NCBI GenBank assembly: GCA_965197725.1
Contig: CBDANQ010000060.1
Coordinates: forward strand, 32,001 to 96,000
Length of the DNA: 64,000 nt
Reading direction: 5' to 3'
Source: Longimicrobiales bacterium
GTDB taxonomy: Bacteria; Gemmatimonadota; Gemmatimonadetes; Longimicrobiales; Gaopeijiaceae
Under the pieces are notes generated by a model. It worked only from the letters and a program-made list of their open reading frames with translations. It made no database searches and was not told where the DNA came from. Below are positions 54,415-64,000 of the stretch, piece by piece (positions within the stretch are counted from its first letter, which is position 1; every line of letters starts with the position of its first letter). The translations under genes and the position numbers were made by a program.

Positions 54415-55389
54415 TCATCGGAAGCGCGCCCCCACAAGCCGAACCGTCCGCCAGGTGTCGGTGCGTTGCATCAGCCCCCGCCCTGCCTGCCTGCGCGCCC
54501 GCTTCGTCAGCGCGACGCTGCGCTTCATCGCGGCCTGCAAGCCTCCGTACTCCATCAGGACCGGGACATCCCCCTTGATGATGGCCCGGTCGATCCGGTC
54601 GATCTCGCGGCCGATTTCGTGGTCGAATTCGGAGGGGTGGGGATCTCGCGCCCAGTTGGCGAGCACCGTCTCCGCCTGGCCCCGCTCGTCCGTTGTCCGG
54701 ACGACGACCACGACTTCGATCCCGCGGCCGCGATCCCAAAGCGCCTTCCAGAGTTCGCGGTGCGCCGCGCCCCAGGAGCGGAGTGCCGTCGCTGTCTCGT
54801 GGCCCGGATCGAGGTAGACGAAAACGGCGCGCCGGGCGTCCAGCGCGACCGGCAGCCGGAGCGGGAAGTAGCGCCGGAGGTTCCCGGCCGCTCCCCGGTA
54901 GACCCGTTGGGGCAGGAGCGGGCGCTCGATGCCGAGCGCCTCGAAGGCGGCCACCTTCTCCGGCTCGGTCGCGAGCCAAGGCAGGCGGGAATGATCAAGC
55001 ACATAGTCGAGCGAGAGCAGGCGCCGCATCAGCACTTCCGTGGAGGTGATCCGGCGGCGGCGGCGGTTCCCGGCGCCGAGCGCCCGGTAGATCCGGCGCG
55101 CGTGGATGCGGCACACTCGACCGATGCCGTCGATGCCGGGCGGATCCTCTTCGACGGCCACGCCCTGCGCGACGAGGGCGCGGACGGCGCGGCGCACCTT
55201 TTCGTGGTGGCAACCCAGAAAGCTCGTCCACTGAGCCCGAGTGAACACGCCGCCATGGAGACAGGCCAAGGCGATCCACTCGGCCTGACGGCCCGCCCAG
55301 CCAAATCCCTCGAGTGCCCGTTCGCGTCCCCGCAGGTGGACGATGGCTCCGCTCGCCGCCGAGTTGAACTGCTGCTTCAGCGTCTTCAT
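54415..55389 (-). CDS. Hypothetical protein of an integrative/mobilizable element
   Basis: Intact 324-aa ORF between integrase and mobC remnants; function not assignable from sequence alone. Confidence 0.6.
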   Translation of the reverse strand: MKTLKQQFNSAASGAIVHLRGRERALEGFGWAGRQAEWIALACLHGGVFTRAQWTSFLGCHHEKVRRAVRALVAQGVAVEEDPPGIDGIGRVCRIHARRIYRALGAGNRRRRRITSTEVLMRRLLSLDYVLDHSRLPWLATEPEKVAAFEALGIERPLLPQRVYRGAAGNLRRYFPLRLPVALDARRAVFVYLDPGHETATALRSWGAAHRELWKALWDRGRGIEVVVVVRTTDERGQAETVLANWARDPHPSEFDHEIGREIDRIDRAIIKGDVPVLMEYGGLQAAMKRSVALTKRARRQAGRGLMQRTDTWRTVRLVGARFR

Positions 55390-55779
55390 GCCCCTAACGG
55401 TGAGGAGCCGTTTGCAAGGAAGTCAACCCGTAGGAAACCTCCGAAATGCCTGTGGCGTTCAGAGACGTTCAGTACGGTACAGGGGCTGTTGGACACCGCC
55501 GCCAGCGGCTTGCCAAACGCCCCGTCGCCCTTCGCTGAAGGCTCCGTCAATGGGTGCGGATCTCGACCGGACGTCGGCCTGCGCACGAACGATGCTGGGA
55601 ATCTTCGAACCGGAGTGCCGTGTTCCGGGTCTGCGGCAGTCCGCAGCCGCGTTACTGCGGCAGATAGCTTGGGCGGGCCTATCTGGACGGGTCACAGCCG
55701 AAGCCCTCCCCCGCTGCTTCGGCGGCGTCCGCCGGGCTGGCGAGGGACTCCGCCCCTTCGATCCCCCCTTGAGGCCCGC

Positions 55780-55925
55780 ACTCGGGCGGAGGTCACGGGC
55801 GGCTGGCTCGCCCGTTCTTGTGTCCTGGCGGCGCGCCAAGGCCGCGGCAGCCGAGGTCGAGCACGAGCGCACCCGGCAGGTCGCGCGCATCGGCAACAAC
55901 CTCAACCAGATCGCCCGCTGGGCCA
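55780..55925 (+). pseudogene. MobC relaxosome accessory fragment
   Basis: RQVARIGNNLNQIARWA (GNNLNQ signature). Confidence 0.7.
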
Positions 55926-56040
55926 GCTGGTGCTCGATGAAGTCGGGCCGGAAGCCCAGCACCTCGTCCAGAATGGTGCGCGCCATCGCTCGGAAGCCAT
56001 GCGGCGTCATCCGTTCCGGAGGGATGTCCAAGGCCCGGAA
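55922..56040 (-). pseudogene. Internal fragment of a P4-type integrase
   Basis: MTPHGFRAMARTILDEVLGFRPDFIEHQLA. Confidence 0.75.
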
Positions 56041-56269
56041 CGTACTGTCCTCTCAGACTTGTCGCCTGATTATAGGAGATTCGGGCGAGCTTGTCTCGAT
56101 GGGCCAAGCAAGCGGCCTTCCAGCAGGATCATTGGACCGGGCGCGGACCCGCTCATCAGCTTCAATCTTGCTCGGCGATACCGGCAACTCGACCGACGGC
56201 CGTTCGGGGTCGGAGTCCCATGAACACGTCGTCTACGTTGAGCGCCACCCTGGTCCATCCTTCCGCGTA

Positions 56270-57424
56270 CTATGCGACATAGTCGCTCCATGCCTGCATG
56301 ACTTCGCACCGGCGCGCCAGCAGGTCCGATCTCATGTACGCGCCCTCGGTGCCGCGCACGACGTGAGCCAACACGGCTTCCGCCGTCTCGCGGTCCACGC
56401 CGGTTTCGGCCATCCAGACACGAATCGACGTTCGGAAACCGTGCAGCGTCGTCCCGGTGACACCGGCCAGCTGGAGCACCCGGTAAGTGGATTTCGAGGA
56501 CAGCGCGCGGCCGGCCCGCGTCGGGAAGACGAACGGCGAATCGTCGGCAAGCTCGCTGGCGCGCAGCAGCACGTCGAGCGCGCCGCTGGACAGCGGCACG
56601 CGATGCTCCCGGCCGGCTTTCATTCTCGCCGGCGGGATCGTCCAAACCTTCGCCGCCGTGTCGATTTCGTCCCACGTCGCGGCGCGCGCTTCGCCGGAGC
56701 GCGCCGCCGTCAAGACGATCAGCTCGACGGCGAGCCGCGCGGATTCCGGAGTGTTGGCCGACCGAATGCGCCGGAGCGCGTCCGGAACCTCGCCGTGCGG
56801 GAGCGCGCGATGGTGCGTCGTGCCGTTGCCGTTGACCTTCGGGAGCGCGGCCACTGCGCGGTCCACGGGATTCGTCGAGATGTAGCCTTGTCCGACGCAC
56901 CAGCGAAATGCCGCGCGGAGCCGGTTCCGGGCTTTCCGCGCGGCGGCTGGCTTCACGTTCCATACCGGCCGGAGACACGCCAGCACGTCGCCCGACGTGA
57001 TCCGGTCCACCGGCTTGTCCCGGATCGGCGTGGCGTACAGCCTGAACGTCGAGTGCCATTCCCCGGGGAGCGGCGAGCCGGCTTTCCACGATTCGGCGTG
57101 TAGCCGGATCGTCTCTTCGGCGGCTTCGCGAAACGTTGGGACGCGGCCGCCGCGCGGGTCCACACCCTGGCCGATGGCCCGCACGTTCTCAATGGCCTTG
57201 TGCCGGGCTTCCGCCAACGAGACTTCGGGATACCGGCCGAGCCCGGTCGTCGTCAGCCGCCCCGCGACGCGCAACCGTTGCCTCCATGTGCGCGAGAGCC
57301 GGCCGCTCTTCATCCGGTGAACGCGCAAGCTCAGGCCGCGCGAGCCGCGTCCGTCGCCGTAAACGCCGGGCTTGCTCACCGTCCGAACGAAGGCGGCAGT
57401 AAGGGTTGCCGGTCGCCGTGCCAT
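56270..57424 (-). CDS. P4-type tyrosine integrase (intact)
   Basis: Arm-binding N domain (GLGRYPEVSLAEAR), TAARSGE, RMKAGREHRVPLS, HGFR, LAH, AY; GGGAG RBS. Confidence 0.92.
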   Translation of the reverse strand: MARRPATLTAAFVRTVSKPGVYGDGRGSRGLSLRVHRMKSGRLSRTWRQRLRVAGRLTTTGLGRYPEVSLAEARHKAIENVRAIGQGVDPRGGRVPTFREAAEETIRLHAESWKAGSPLPGEWHSTFRLYATPIRDKPVDRITSGDVLACLRPVWNVKPAAARKARNRLRAAFRWCVGQGYISTNPVDRAVAALPKVNGNGTTHHRALPHGEVPDALRRIRSANTPESARLAVELIVLTAARSGEARAATWDEIDTAAKVWTIPPARMKAGREHRVPLSSGALDVLLRASELADDSPFVFPTRAGRALSSKSTYRVLQLAGVTGTTLHGFRTSIRVWMAETGVDRETAEAVLAHVVRGTEGAYMRSDLLARRCEVMQAWSDYVA

Positions 57425-57600
57425 CGTATTCTCCCGTGCTGTGGATCAGTTTATAGTACACTAATCAAGAGCGAATACAATAGGTGTCCCGGCACGGCAA
57501 TAGACGAATCGACTCAGCCGACGTAACGCAAAACGCTGTGATGTCATATGTTATGAGGTCACTACGGGTCGTTACGGGCCATCTTGGAACGTCATCGGCA

Positions 57601-57903
57601 AAGTTCTTCCTGAACATGGTCGAGTTCGACATGAACGTGCAGCAGGCCGTCGAGGCCGCGAACATGAATTCGTCGCAGATGCGTGGGTCGTTCGGAGAGC
57701 ACGCTTCCAGCCCGGGCCGGCTCTTGTTGCAGTCCGCTACACCCCCGGGGATCCGGTCGGAGCTCGAAGCGATGGGCTACACGCTCGTCTTTTCCGAACG
57801 AACGTCCGGGCCCATCAACGCGATCTTCTTCGACTGGGAGAACGGATCGATGTGGGGCGGATCGAGCCACCATGGGGACGACTACGGTGTGGTGTGGCAA
57901 TAG
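57601..57903 (+). pseudogene. C-terminal fragment of gamma-glutamyltransferase-family protein
   Basis: FFLNMVEFDMNVQQAVEA...ELEAMGY...GPINAI...WGG. Confidence 0.7.
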
Positions 57904-57938
57904 GGCGAAGGCACCGGGGGAGCAGGGCATCTAAGGTA

Positions 57939-58742
57939 ATGTTGCTGATCCGTACTCTCGCCGTGGGCGTAGCCGCCCTAACGTTCGCCGCTACCGCGTG
58001 GGCCGTCTCGATTCGGGGCGGCCACGCCCGCCCCCCGTTGTCCGCGCCCGCATCTGATCCCGCTGCACGGGGGTGCTGCGCCTACTATCCCTACGGGGGG
58101 GAGCTGACTTTCGTGCGGATCCAAACCAACTCCCGCTGGGGCGGATTCGGCCGATTCGGCGGCTGGTCACACGACTATCCGGCTGCCGACATCAACATGT
58201 CGGCGATTCTGCGGGAGCTGACACTGATTCGCACGCGAGAGTTGGCGATGGGTGGCAACGTGCTCACGTTCGACGACCCGCGACTGATGCAGTTCCCCGT
58301 CGCGTACGTGTCCGAGCCGGACGAGTGGCAAGTGACCCAGAGTGAAGCCGAGGGGTTGCGCACGTACCTCCTCAAGGGCGGCATGGTCATGTTCGACGAC
58401 TTCTTCGACTACGAGATGGCCAACCTCGTTGCGCAGATGAGCCGGGTGTTTCCCGAGCTGCACTTCCTCCCGCTCGACGGTACCGAGCCGATCTGGGACT
58501 CCTTCTACAGGCTCGAGCCGTTGACGATGTACCTGGAGGGCCCACGCAAGCACGGCATCCCCCAGTTTTGGGGGCTCTATGAGGACAACGACAAGAGCAA
58601 CCGGTTGCTCACAATCGCCAATGCGGGGGCGGACATCGGTGATCTGTGGGAGTGGGCCGCCGAGGGGTGGTATCCGGTCGACCCGACCAGCGTAGCGTTC
58701 AGGATTGGCGTGAACTACTTCATCTACGGGGTGACTCACTAG
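57939..58742 (+). CDS. DUF4159-family protein
   Basis: WSHDYPAAD, LRTYLLKGG...DDF, AFRIGVNYFIYGVTH. Confidence 0.82.
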   Translation: MLLIRTLAVGVAALTFAATAWAVSIRGGHARPPLSAPASDPAARGCCAYYPYGGELTFVRIQTNSRWGGFGRFGGWSHDYPAADINMSAILRELTLIRTRELAMGGNVLTFDDPRLMQFPVAYVSEPDEWQVTQSEAEGLRTYLLKGGMVMFDDFFDYEMANLVAQMSRVFPELHFLPLDGTEPIWDSFYRLEPLTMYLEGPRKHGIPQFWGLYEDNDKSNRLLTIANAGADIGDLWEWAAEGWYPVDPTSVAFRIGVNYFIYGVTH

Positions 58743-58764
58743 AGGGGAGGCGGCGACGAACGCC

Positions 58765-59235
58765 ATGCTCGACCGTCCGTATGTCCTTGCTTTCGTCGCT
58801 TTGCTCCTACTTTCGGTATCGGCGGTGGCGCCTGCGAGAGTCGCTGCCCAGGCACCCGAGTACGACGTCATCCTGCGTGGCGGGCCGGTGTTCGACGGGA
58901 CGGGCAACCCCTGGGTACGAGCCGACGTCGCCGTCAGCGACGGCCGCATCGCAGCGGTAGGACCTCTCGGCGAGGCCGCCGCTCGGCGGGAGATCGATGT
59001 CGACGGCTTGTTCGTCATGCCGGGCATCATCGACATACACTCGCACGCCAACGCTGGCTTCGACGACGAGGATCCCCGCGCCCGAGCCACGATCAACAAC
59101 CTGCTCGCCGTCGGGGACACGTATCGCGGCCTGAACCAGTTGAACATCGGCCTGCAACTCGAGCCGGATGAGCGACCCTGGTGCGGCTGCGCGGGCAAGG
59201 TGACTGAGGAACCCCAACAGCTCCGGCGGGGTTAG
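58765..59235 (+). pseudogene. N-acyl-D-amino acid deacylase N-terminal fragment
   Basis: YDVILRGG.VFDGTG, ADVAV.DGRI, PGIIDIHSH; ends after about 115 homologous codons. Confidence 0.78.
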
Positions 59236-59242
59236 CCGGGAC

Positions 59243-59653
59243 ATGAGCTACTCTCGGGCCCGCGTTCGCCGCGTAGTGGCCTTGCCTCAGGTCACGGCGC
59301 TGCTCCTGTCCCTCGGGTGGGGGTTTGAGGTCTCGGTGTGTCCGCCGGGAATGGACATGGGTATGGAGATGCCCATGCCCATGGACGCTGCGTCCAGAAC
59401 GGCGCTGGAGCAGGGTCCGGGAGAGGACCAAGGAATGGATTGCCCATTCAGCGGTTCGCTCGACGGCGAGGGGCGTGCGAGCTGTCCGCTCGCGGTCGGT
59501 GGTATCGGACCCTGCGGCACGAGCGCACCGGTCCCGAGTGCGCTGGTGACTGCCGGTCGCCCGCTCCCGCTTAGCGTGTTCACATACGTGTCCGCCACTT
59601 CCGGACACGCGGATTTCTCCGAAGCGATTCAGCTCCCCCCTCCCCGCGCCTGA
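59243..59653 (+). CDS. Small exported Met/Cys-rich protein ending PPPRA
   Basis: Hydrophobic N-terminus, GMDMGMEMPMPM, four Cys, Pro-rich C-terminus; directly upstream of a metal efflux operon. Confidence 0.65.
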   Translation: MSYSRARVRRVVALPQVTALLLSLGWGFEVSVCPPGMDMGMEMPMPMDAASRTALEQGPGEDQGMDCPFSGSLDGEGRASCPLAVGGIGPCGTSAPVPSALVTAGRPLPLSVFTYVSATSGHADFSEAIQLPPPRA

Positions 59654-59847
59654 CGCGCCGTTGAGCCCCCGTTCGGGGTGCTCGACCCCCTAGTAGAACA
59701 AGCGCAGCGCTTACTCGGCGGCGCGGGCATACGACGTGTGCCCGAGCACCTGTTTGAGCAGCCGAAAACCACAGACACGATCACATGTCGACTCCACGGA
59801 GCGTCGGGAACTCCCGTCGTCCGGGGGCCGAGAGGCAGAGAGCATCC

Positions 59848-61161
59848 ATGAACACGCTTGGAATCCTCGCGTCCTTCGCCGTTGTCACGATAGGCGCACC
59901 GCAAGACCGGGGTCCAGATCCCTTGGACTCGTTGGTTCAGAGGGCCCTCCGGCAGAACCCCAGCATCGTCGCCGCCCAGGAACGCGTCCACGCCGCCGAA
60001 GCACGCGTGGCTCCCTCAGGCGCGCGACCGGACCCCGTCCTTTCGCTCACGATCCGGAACTTTCCGGTGTCCGATCCTGGCTTTCAGGACTTCATGACCA
60101 TGAAAACGGTCGGGCTCTCCCAGCGGTTTCCCTACCCGGGAAAGCTCTCGCTCGCGCGCGAGAGTGCTCGAAGCGAGGTGGCGGCGGCCGATGCAGCCCT
60201 GGACGATCTCCGCCTGGACGTCGTAAGCGAGGTGCGACAGGCGTACTACGAGCTGGCTTTCATCGATCGTGCGATGGAGGTGGTCGCTCGCCACAGCGAA
60301 GTGCTCTCAGCCCTCGTGTCGACCGCGGACGTCCGGTACGCCGTGGGGACCGCTGGCCAGGAGGATGTGCTCCAGGCCCAGGTGGAGACCGCGGCCCTCG
60401 CGGACGAGGCAGCGCGATTGGCGGAGGCCAGGCGGGGAGCGCTGGCCGCGCTCAATCGCAGGGTCGACCGACCACCCCTCACGCCGATCGATCGCGCGTT
60501 CATTCCCCAACAGATGGCTTCGGCGGCGGCGCGTGCTTCTCCCCGCGTCGGCTTCGTGTCGCTCGATCTAGGGGCGCGAGTGGTGGACTCTCCAGTACGT
60601 CCCCTGGAGGAGTTGCTGGACGTCGTAGTAGAGAACAACCCCGCGATCCACTTGCACATCGCAAGGATCGAGGCTCAGCGGGCGCAGCTCGACCTGGCGC
60701 GTAAGGCACACCTCCCCGACTTCGACGTAGCCCTGAGCTACGGGCAGCGGGCCGACCGGACCGACATGGTGACCCTCAGCGTTGCCTTGCCGTTGCCTGT
60801 GAACCGAGGTAATCGGCAAGGCGCGTGGAGCGCCGAGGCGCAGGCGGAGTTAGCCGCCCTCGAGGCCGAGCACCGGGATCACGTGAACACTTTGCGCTCG
60901 AGGGTGGCCGCAACACATGCCAACCTGGAGAAAGATCGGACGAGTCTGGCTCTTCTTACCGCTGGCATGCTTCCCCAGGGATCGGCGGCGCTCCAGGCCG
61001 CGACGGCGGGGTTCGGTGTCGGCCGCACCGACTTCCAGGCCGTGCTGGCCACCCAAGCCACCCTATTCCAATACGAAATCAGCTTCCTGCGTGCGCTCAC
61101 AGACTTCGCGAAGAACGTCGCGGAGCTCGAGAGGCTCGCGGGAGAGGGAGTCCTACGATGA
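59848..61161 (+). CDS. TolC-family outer-membrane efflux protein (CusC-like)
   Basis: Two OEP repeats, SQRFPYPGKL, first gene of RND operon. Confidence 0.9.
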   Translation: MNTLGILASFAVVTIGAPQDRGPDPLDSLVQRALRQNPSIVAAQERVHAAEARVAPSGARPDPVLSLTIRNFPVSDPGFQDFMTMKTVGLSQRFPYPGKLSLARESARSEVAAADAALDDLRLDVVSEVRQAYYELAFIDRAMEVVARHSEVLSALVSTADVRYAVGTAGQEDVLQAQVETAALADEAARLAEARRGALAALNRRVDRPPLTPIDRAFIPQQMASAAARASPRVGFVSLDLGARVVDSPVRPLEELLDVVVENNPAIHLHIARIEAQRAQLDLARKAHLPDFDVALSYGQRADRTDMVTLSVALPLPVNRGNRQGAWSAEAQAELAALEAEHRDHVNTLRSRVAATHANLEKDRTSLALLTAGMLPQGSAALQAATAGFGVGRTDFQAVLATQATLFQYEISFLRALTDFAKNVAELERLAGEGVLR

Positions 61162-62462
61162 GCACGACGAGCTCGATCACTGGCGTTCGTGTCCGGTGGC
61201 TGGTTACTGGCGCTCTGATGGGGGCCATCAGCCTTGCCGCGGTGTTGTCGTTTCGGGGCGCGCTGACGGACGCTTCAGGGGAGTCGACCATGAGCGAGTC
61301 CGCGTCGATGGAGATGAGCGCCATGGACATGGCCCAGTCCGTCGTACGCGTCACACCGGCCCAAATCCGTCAATTCGGGATCACCTTTGCCTCGGTGGAG
61401 GAGCGTTCCCTGGCGGCCCGGGTCCGAACCGTGGGCGTGGTCGAGGCCGATGAGACGCGCCTGGCCGAGGTTACCACGAAGTTCTCTGGATACGTGGAGC
61501 ACCTCTACGCTGACTTCGCCGGGAAGTTCGGCGAGGAGGGCTCCGCCCTACTCGACGTATACGCGCCCGAGCTGGTCGCCGCGCAGGAGGAGGTCCTCGT
61601 GGCCCGTGACCTTCAGGCCACCATAGGCGCGGTGGCGATTCCCGGAGTGACGGCTGTGCCCATAGATCTGGAAGCAACCGCTCGGCGGCGCCTCAGCTTG
61701 TGGGATATCACGGACGACCAGATCATCGCGCTGTTGGCGGAAGGGCAACCCCGTAGAACGCTGAGTCTGACTGCACCGATATCTGGGGTCGTCCTCGAGA
61801 AGAGCGTCGTCGTCGGCAGCGCGTTCCAGGCCGGGCAGACACTCTTCCGTCTCGCCGATCTGTCGAGCGTGTGGATCGACGTGGAGATCCGTGAGAGCGA
61901 CGCGGCTATCGTCGCGCGCGGGTCAGCGGCTGTCGCGTCATTGACGGCCTATCCCGGGGAGGAGTTCTCCGGTGTGGTTGACTTCGTCTACCCTACGGTA
62001 GACGAGCGTACGCGTTCCGTCCGGGCGCGTGTGGTACTCCCGAATCCGGCGGGACGCTTACGCCCCGGAATGTTCGCGACTGTCCGCGTCACCACGCCCA
62101 GGCGGAGCGCGCTGTCGATACCTACGGATGCCATAGTGTGGACGGGCGAGCGGACCCTCCTCTTCGTCGAAGAGGAAGGTGGAGGGTTCCGACCGGTCGA
62201 TGTCGAAGTGGGAGCGACGATCGGGGACTACGTCGTGGTGTTATCCGGCGTGGCGCCCGGACAACGAGTGGTCACGTCGGCCCAGTACCTGATCGATGCC
62301 GAGGCCAATATCGGGGCGATCATGCGCAGCATGATGAGCATGTTGGGTGCGGGCGACATGGCCGGCATGGACATGAGCGACTCGGACTCGGAAGCCCCGA
62401 TGGAGGGCATGGACATGCCTGGCGATTCCGGCTCCGCTCCCCCGACCCCCCCGGGGAGGTGA
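61158..62462 (+). CDS. RND periplasmic adaptor (CusB-like)
   Basis: YAPELVAAQEE, ADLSSVW, LRPGMFA; Met-rich termini; ATGA overlap with tolC. Confidence 0.9.
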   Translation: MSTTSSITGVRVRWLVTGALMGAISLAAVLSFRGALTDASGESTMSESASMEMSAMDMAQSVVRVTPAQIRQFGITFASVEERSLAARVRTVGVVEADETRLAEVTTKFSGYVEHLYADFAGKFGEEGSALLDVYAPELVAAQEEVLVARDLQATIGAVAIPGVTAVPIDLEATARRRLSLWDITDDQIIALLAEGQPRRTLSLTAPISGVVLEKSVVVGSAFQAGQTLFRLADLSSVWIDVEIRESDAAIVARGSAAVASLTAYPGEEFSGVVDFVYPTVDERTRSVRARVVLPNPAGRLRPGMFATVRVTTPRRSALSIPTDAIVWTGERTLLFVEEEGGGFRPVDVEVGATIGDYVVVLSGVAPGQRVVTSAQYLIDAEANIGAIMRSMMSMLGAGDMAGMDMSDSDSEAPMEGMDMPGDSGSAPPTPPGR

Positions 62463-62468
62463 TCGGCT

Positions 62469-64000
62469 ATGCAAGCCAAGCTCATCGAGTGGGCCGTGAA
62501 CAACCGGTTCCTGGTTCTTCTGGCGACCGTGGTCGTTACGCTCGGAGGCCTCTGGGCGCTGGCCAGGACGCCCGTGGATGCGATCCCCGATCTGTCCGAC
62601 ATCCAGGTCATCGTCATGACCGAGTGGCCTGGGCAGGCGCCCGAACTCATGGAGGACCAGGTCACGTATCCCATGTCCACCGAGATGCTCAAGGTGCCCG
62701 GCGCTCGATGGGTCCGGGGCATGAGTCCATTCGGGCTCTCAGCCGTGTTCGTAGTGTTCGACGACGGAACGGACCTCTACTGGGCCCGCAGTCGGGTGCT
62801 CGAGTACCTGAACGGTGTGCGGGAGAGGCTCCCCGAGGGTGCGCGTCCTACGCTGGGGCCGGACGCGACCGGCGTCGGGTGGGTCATGCAGTACATCCTG
62901 ACGGACACGACCGGGACGCTGGATCTGGCGGAGCTCCGAAGCCTACAGGACTGGACGGTGAAGCCCGCCCTGACGTCCGTCCCGGGGGTGGCAGAGATCG
63001 CTACGCTCGGCGGTGTTCAACGGCAGTACCAAGTAGTCGTCGATCCGGCCCGCTTGCTGGCGTTCGGCATCTCGCTGGAGAGGGTCGTGGACGCCGTGAG
63101 GACCTCGAACCAGGACGTCGGAGGTCGTGTCCTGGAGCTGGGCGGAACCGAGTTCGTGGTTCGCGGGCGTGGGCGGTTCGAGGGGCTCGAAGATGTCCGG
63201 CTGGTACCAGTCGGTCTGGGCCCCGGCGGCACGCCGGTCCTGGTCGCTGATGTAGCGCGAGTGCAGTTCGGGCCCGAGATCCGGCGGGGCATCGCAGACC
63301 TCGATGGGCGAGGCGAGATCGTCACGGGCTTCGTCGTGATGCGCTACGGGGAGAACCCCCTCGACGTCATCGAGGGGGTCAAAGAGCGGATGACCGAACT
63401 GGAATCGACGCTTCCTACCGGCGTGCGGTTCGTCATGGGTTACGATCGCTCTGATCTGATTCGCACCGCCATCAGTACTCTCCGCGAGAAGCTCTTGGAA
63501 GAGTTTCTCATCGTGGCCGTAGTCACGCTCCTCTTTCTGTTTCACGCCCGCAGTGCGGTCGTGGTCATCGTCACTCTGCCCATCGGGATCCTGATGGCCT
63601 TCCTCGGCATGCGCTGGCTGGGGATCGGCGCCAACATCATGAGTCTGGGAGGGATCGCGATCGCGATCGGGGCGATGATCGACGCAGCGATCGTCATGGT
63701 CGAGAACCTTCACAAGCACATGGAGCGGAACGAGCGCGAGGGTTTGGGAATCGACCATTGGGATCTGGTGCTTCGCGCCTCGAAGGAGGTCGGACCGGCC
63801 CTCTTCACTTCGTTGCTCCTGATCACGCTCTCCTTCATACCCGTCTTTGCTCTCGAGGCCCAGGAGGGTCGTCTCTTCAAGCCGCTCGCGTGGACGAAGA
63901 CGCTTTCCATGGCTTCGGCGGCGCTGCTGTCGATCACTCTGGTGCCCGTCCTCATGGGTCTCTTCATCCGGGGTGGCGTCAGGGAGGAGGCGCGGAATCC
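62469..64000 (+). CDS. cusA: CusA/CzcA-family heavy-metal RND permease (runs off window)
   Basis: MQAKLIEWAVNNRFLV, PVDAIPDLSDIQVIV, EDQVTYP, NIMSLGGIAIAIGAMIDAAIVMVEN, EGRLFKPLAWTKT. Confidence 0.88.
   Translation, partial: MQAKLIEWAVNNRFLVLLATVVVTLGGLWALARTPVDAIPDLSDIQVIVMTEWPGQAPELMEDQVTYPMSTEMLKVPGARWVRGMSPFGLSAVFVVFDDGTDLYWARSRVLEYLNGVRERLPEGARPTLGPDATGVGWVMQYILTDTTGTLDLAELRSLQDWTVKPALTSVPGVAEIATLGGVQRQYQVVVDPARLLAFGISLERVVDAVRTSNQDVGGRVLELGGTEFVVRGRGRFEGLEDVRLVPVGLGPGGTPVLVADVARVQFGPEIRRGIADLDGRGEIVTGFVVMRYGENPLDVIEGVKERMTELESTLPTGVRFVMGYDRSDLIRTAISTLREKLLEEFLIVAVVTLLFLFHARSAVVVIVTLPIGILMAFLGMRWLGIGANIMSLGGIAIAIGAMIDAAIVMVENLHKHMERNEREGLGIDHWDLVLRASKEVGPALFTSLLLITLSFIPVFALEAQEGRLFKPLAWTKTLSMASAALLSITLVPVLMGLFIRGGVREEARN

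Noticed and set aside
54142..57103. 693-aa and 586-aa plus-strand ORFs
   Set aside because: Shadows of minus-strand genes; only the short GNNLNQ mobC segment looks real.

Overview
High-GC bacterial chromosome segment. Gene style suggests Gemmatimonadota, but that is an inference. Two core blocks are intact: uvrC-gltX-TPR lipoprotein-tRNA-Gly (1-4732) and DUF512-der-plsY-gpsA-MerR-surE-pcm-YqaA (15308-22668). They are separated and followed by heavily eroded accessory DNA. (i) A tRNA-Gly(CCC) hotspot where the whole tRNA is duplicated in a 90-bp perfect direct repeat, each copy followed by an integrase 3' remnant. (ii) A ~17-kb island bounded by a duplicated 5' half of tRNA-Arg(CCT). It holds nested IS (IS30 in IS3, IS256 in IS21), a decayed integron-cassette (attC) cluster and an IS110/IS1111 element inserted in an attC site. 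(iii) A mosaic of IS1182, IS21, a kinase, a TonB receptor, MOB remnants and a P4-type integrase element. The window ends in a cusCBA-like metal efflux operon. The best candidate for something new is the ~460-nt non-coding end of the IS1111 element (34547-35005). It contains readable guide segments for the element's own donor junction and apparently two tandem target-binding loops plus a third orphan guide, all matching attC R'' boxes (CTAAC^AAG). This looks like a multi-loop bridge/seek RNA. All family calls come from motif recognition; no searches were run.
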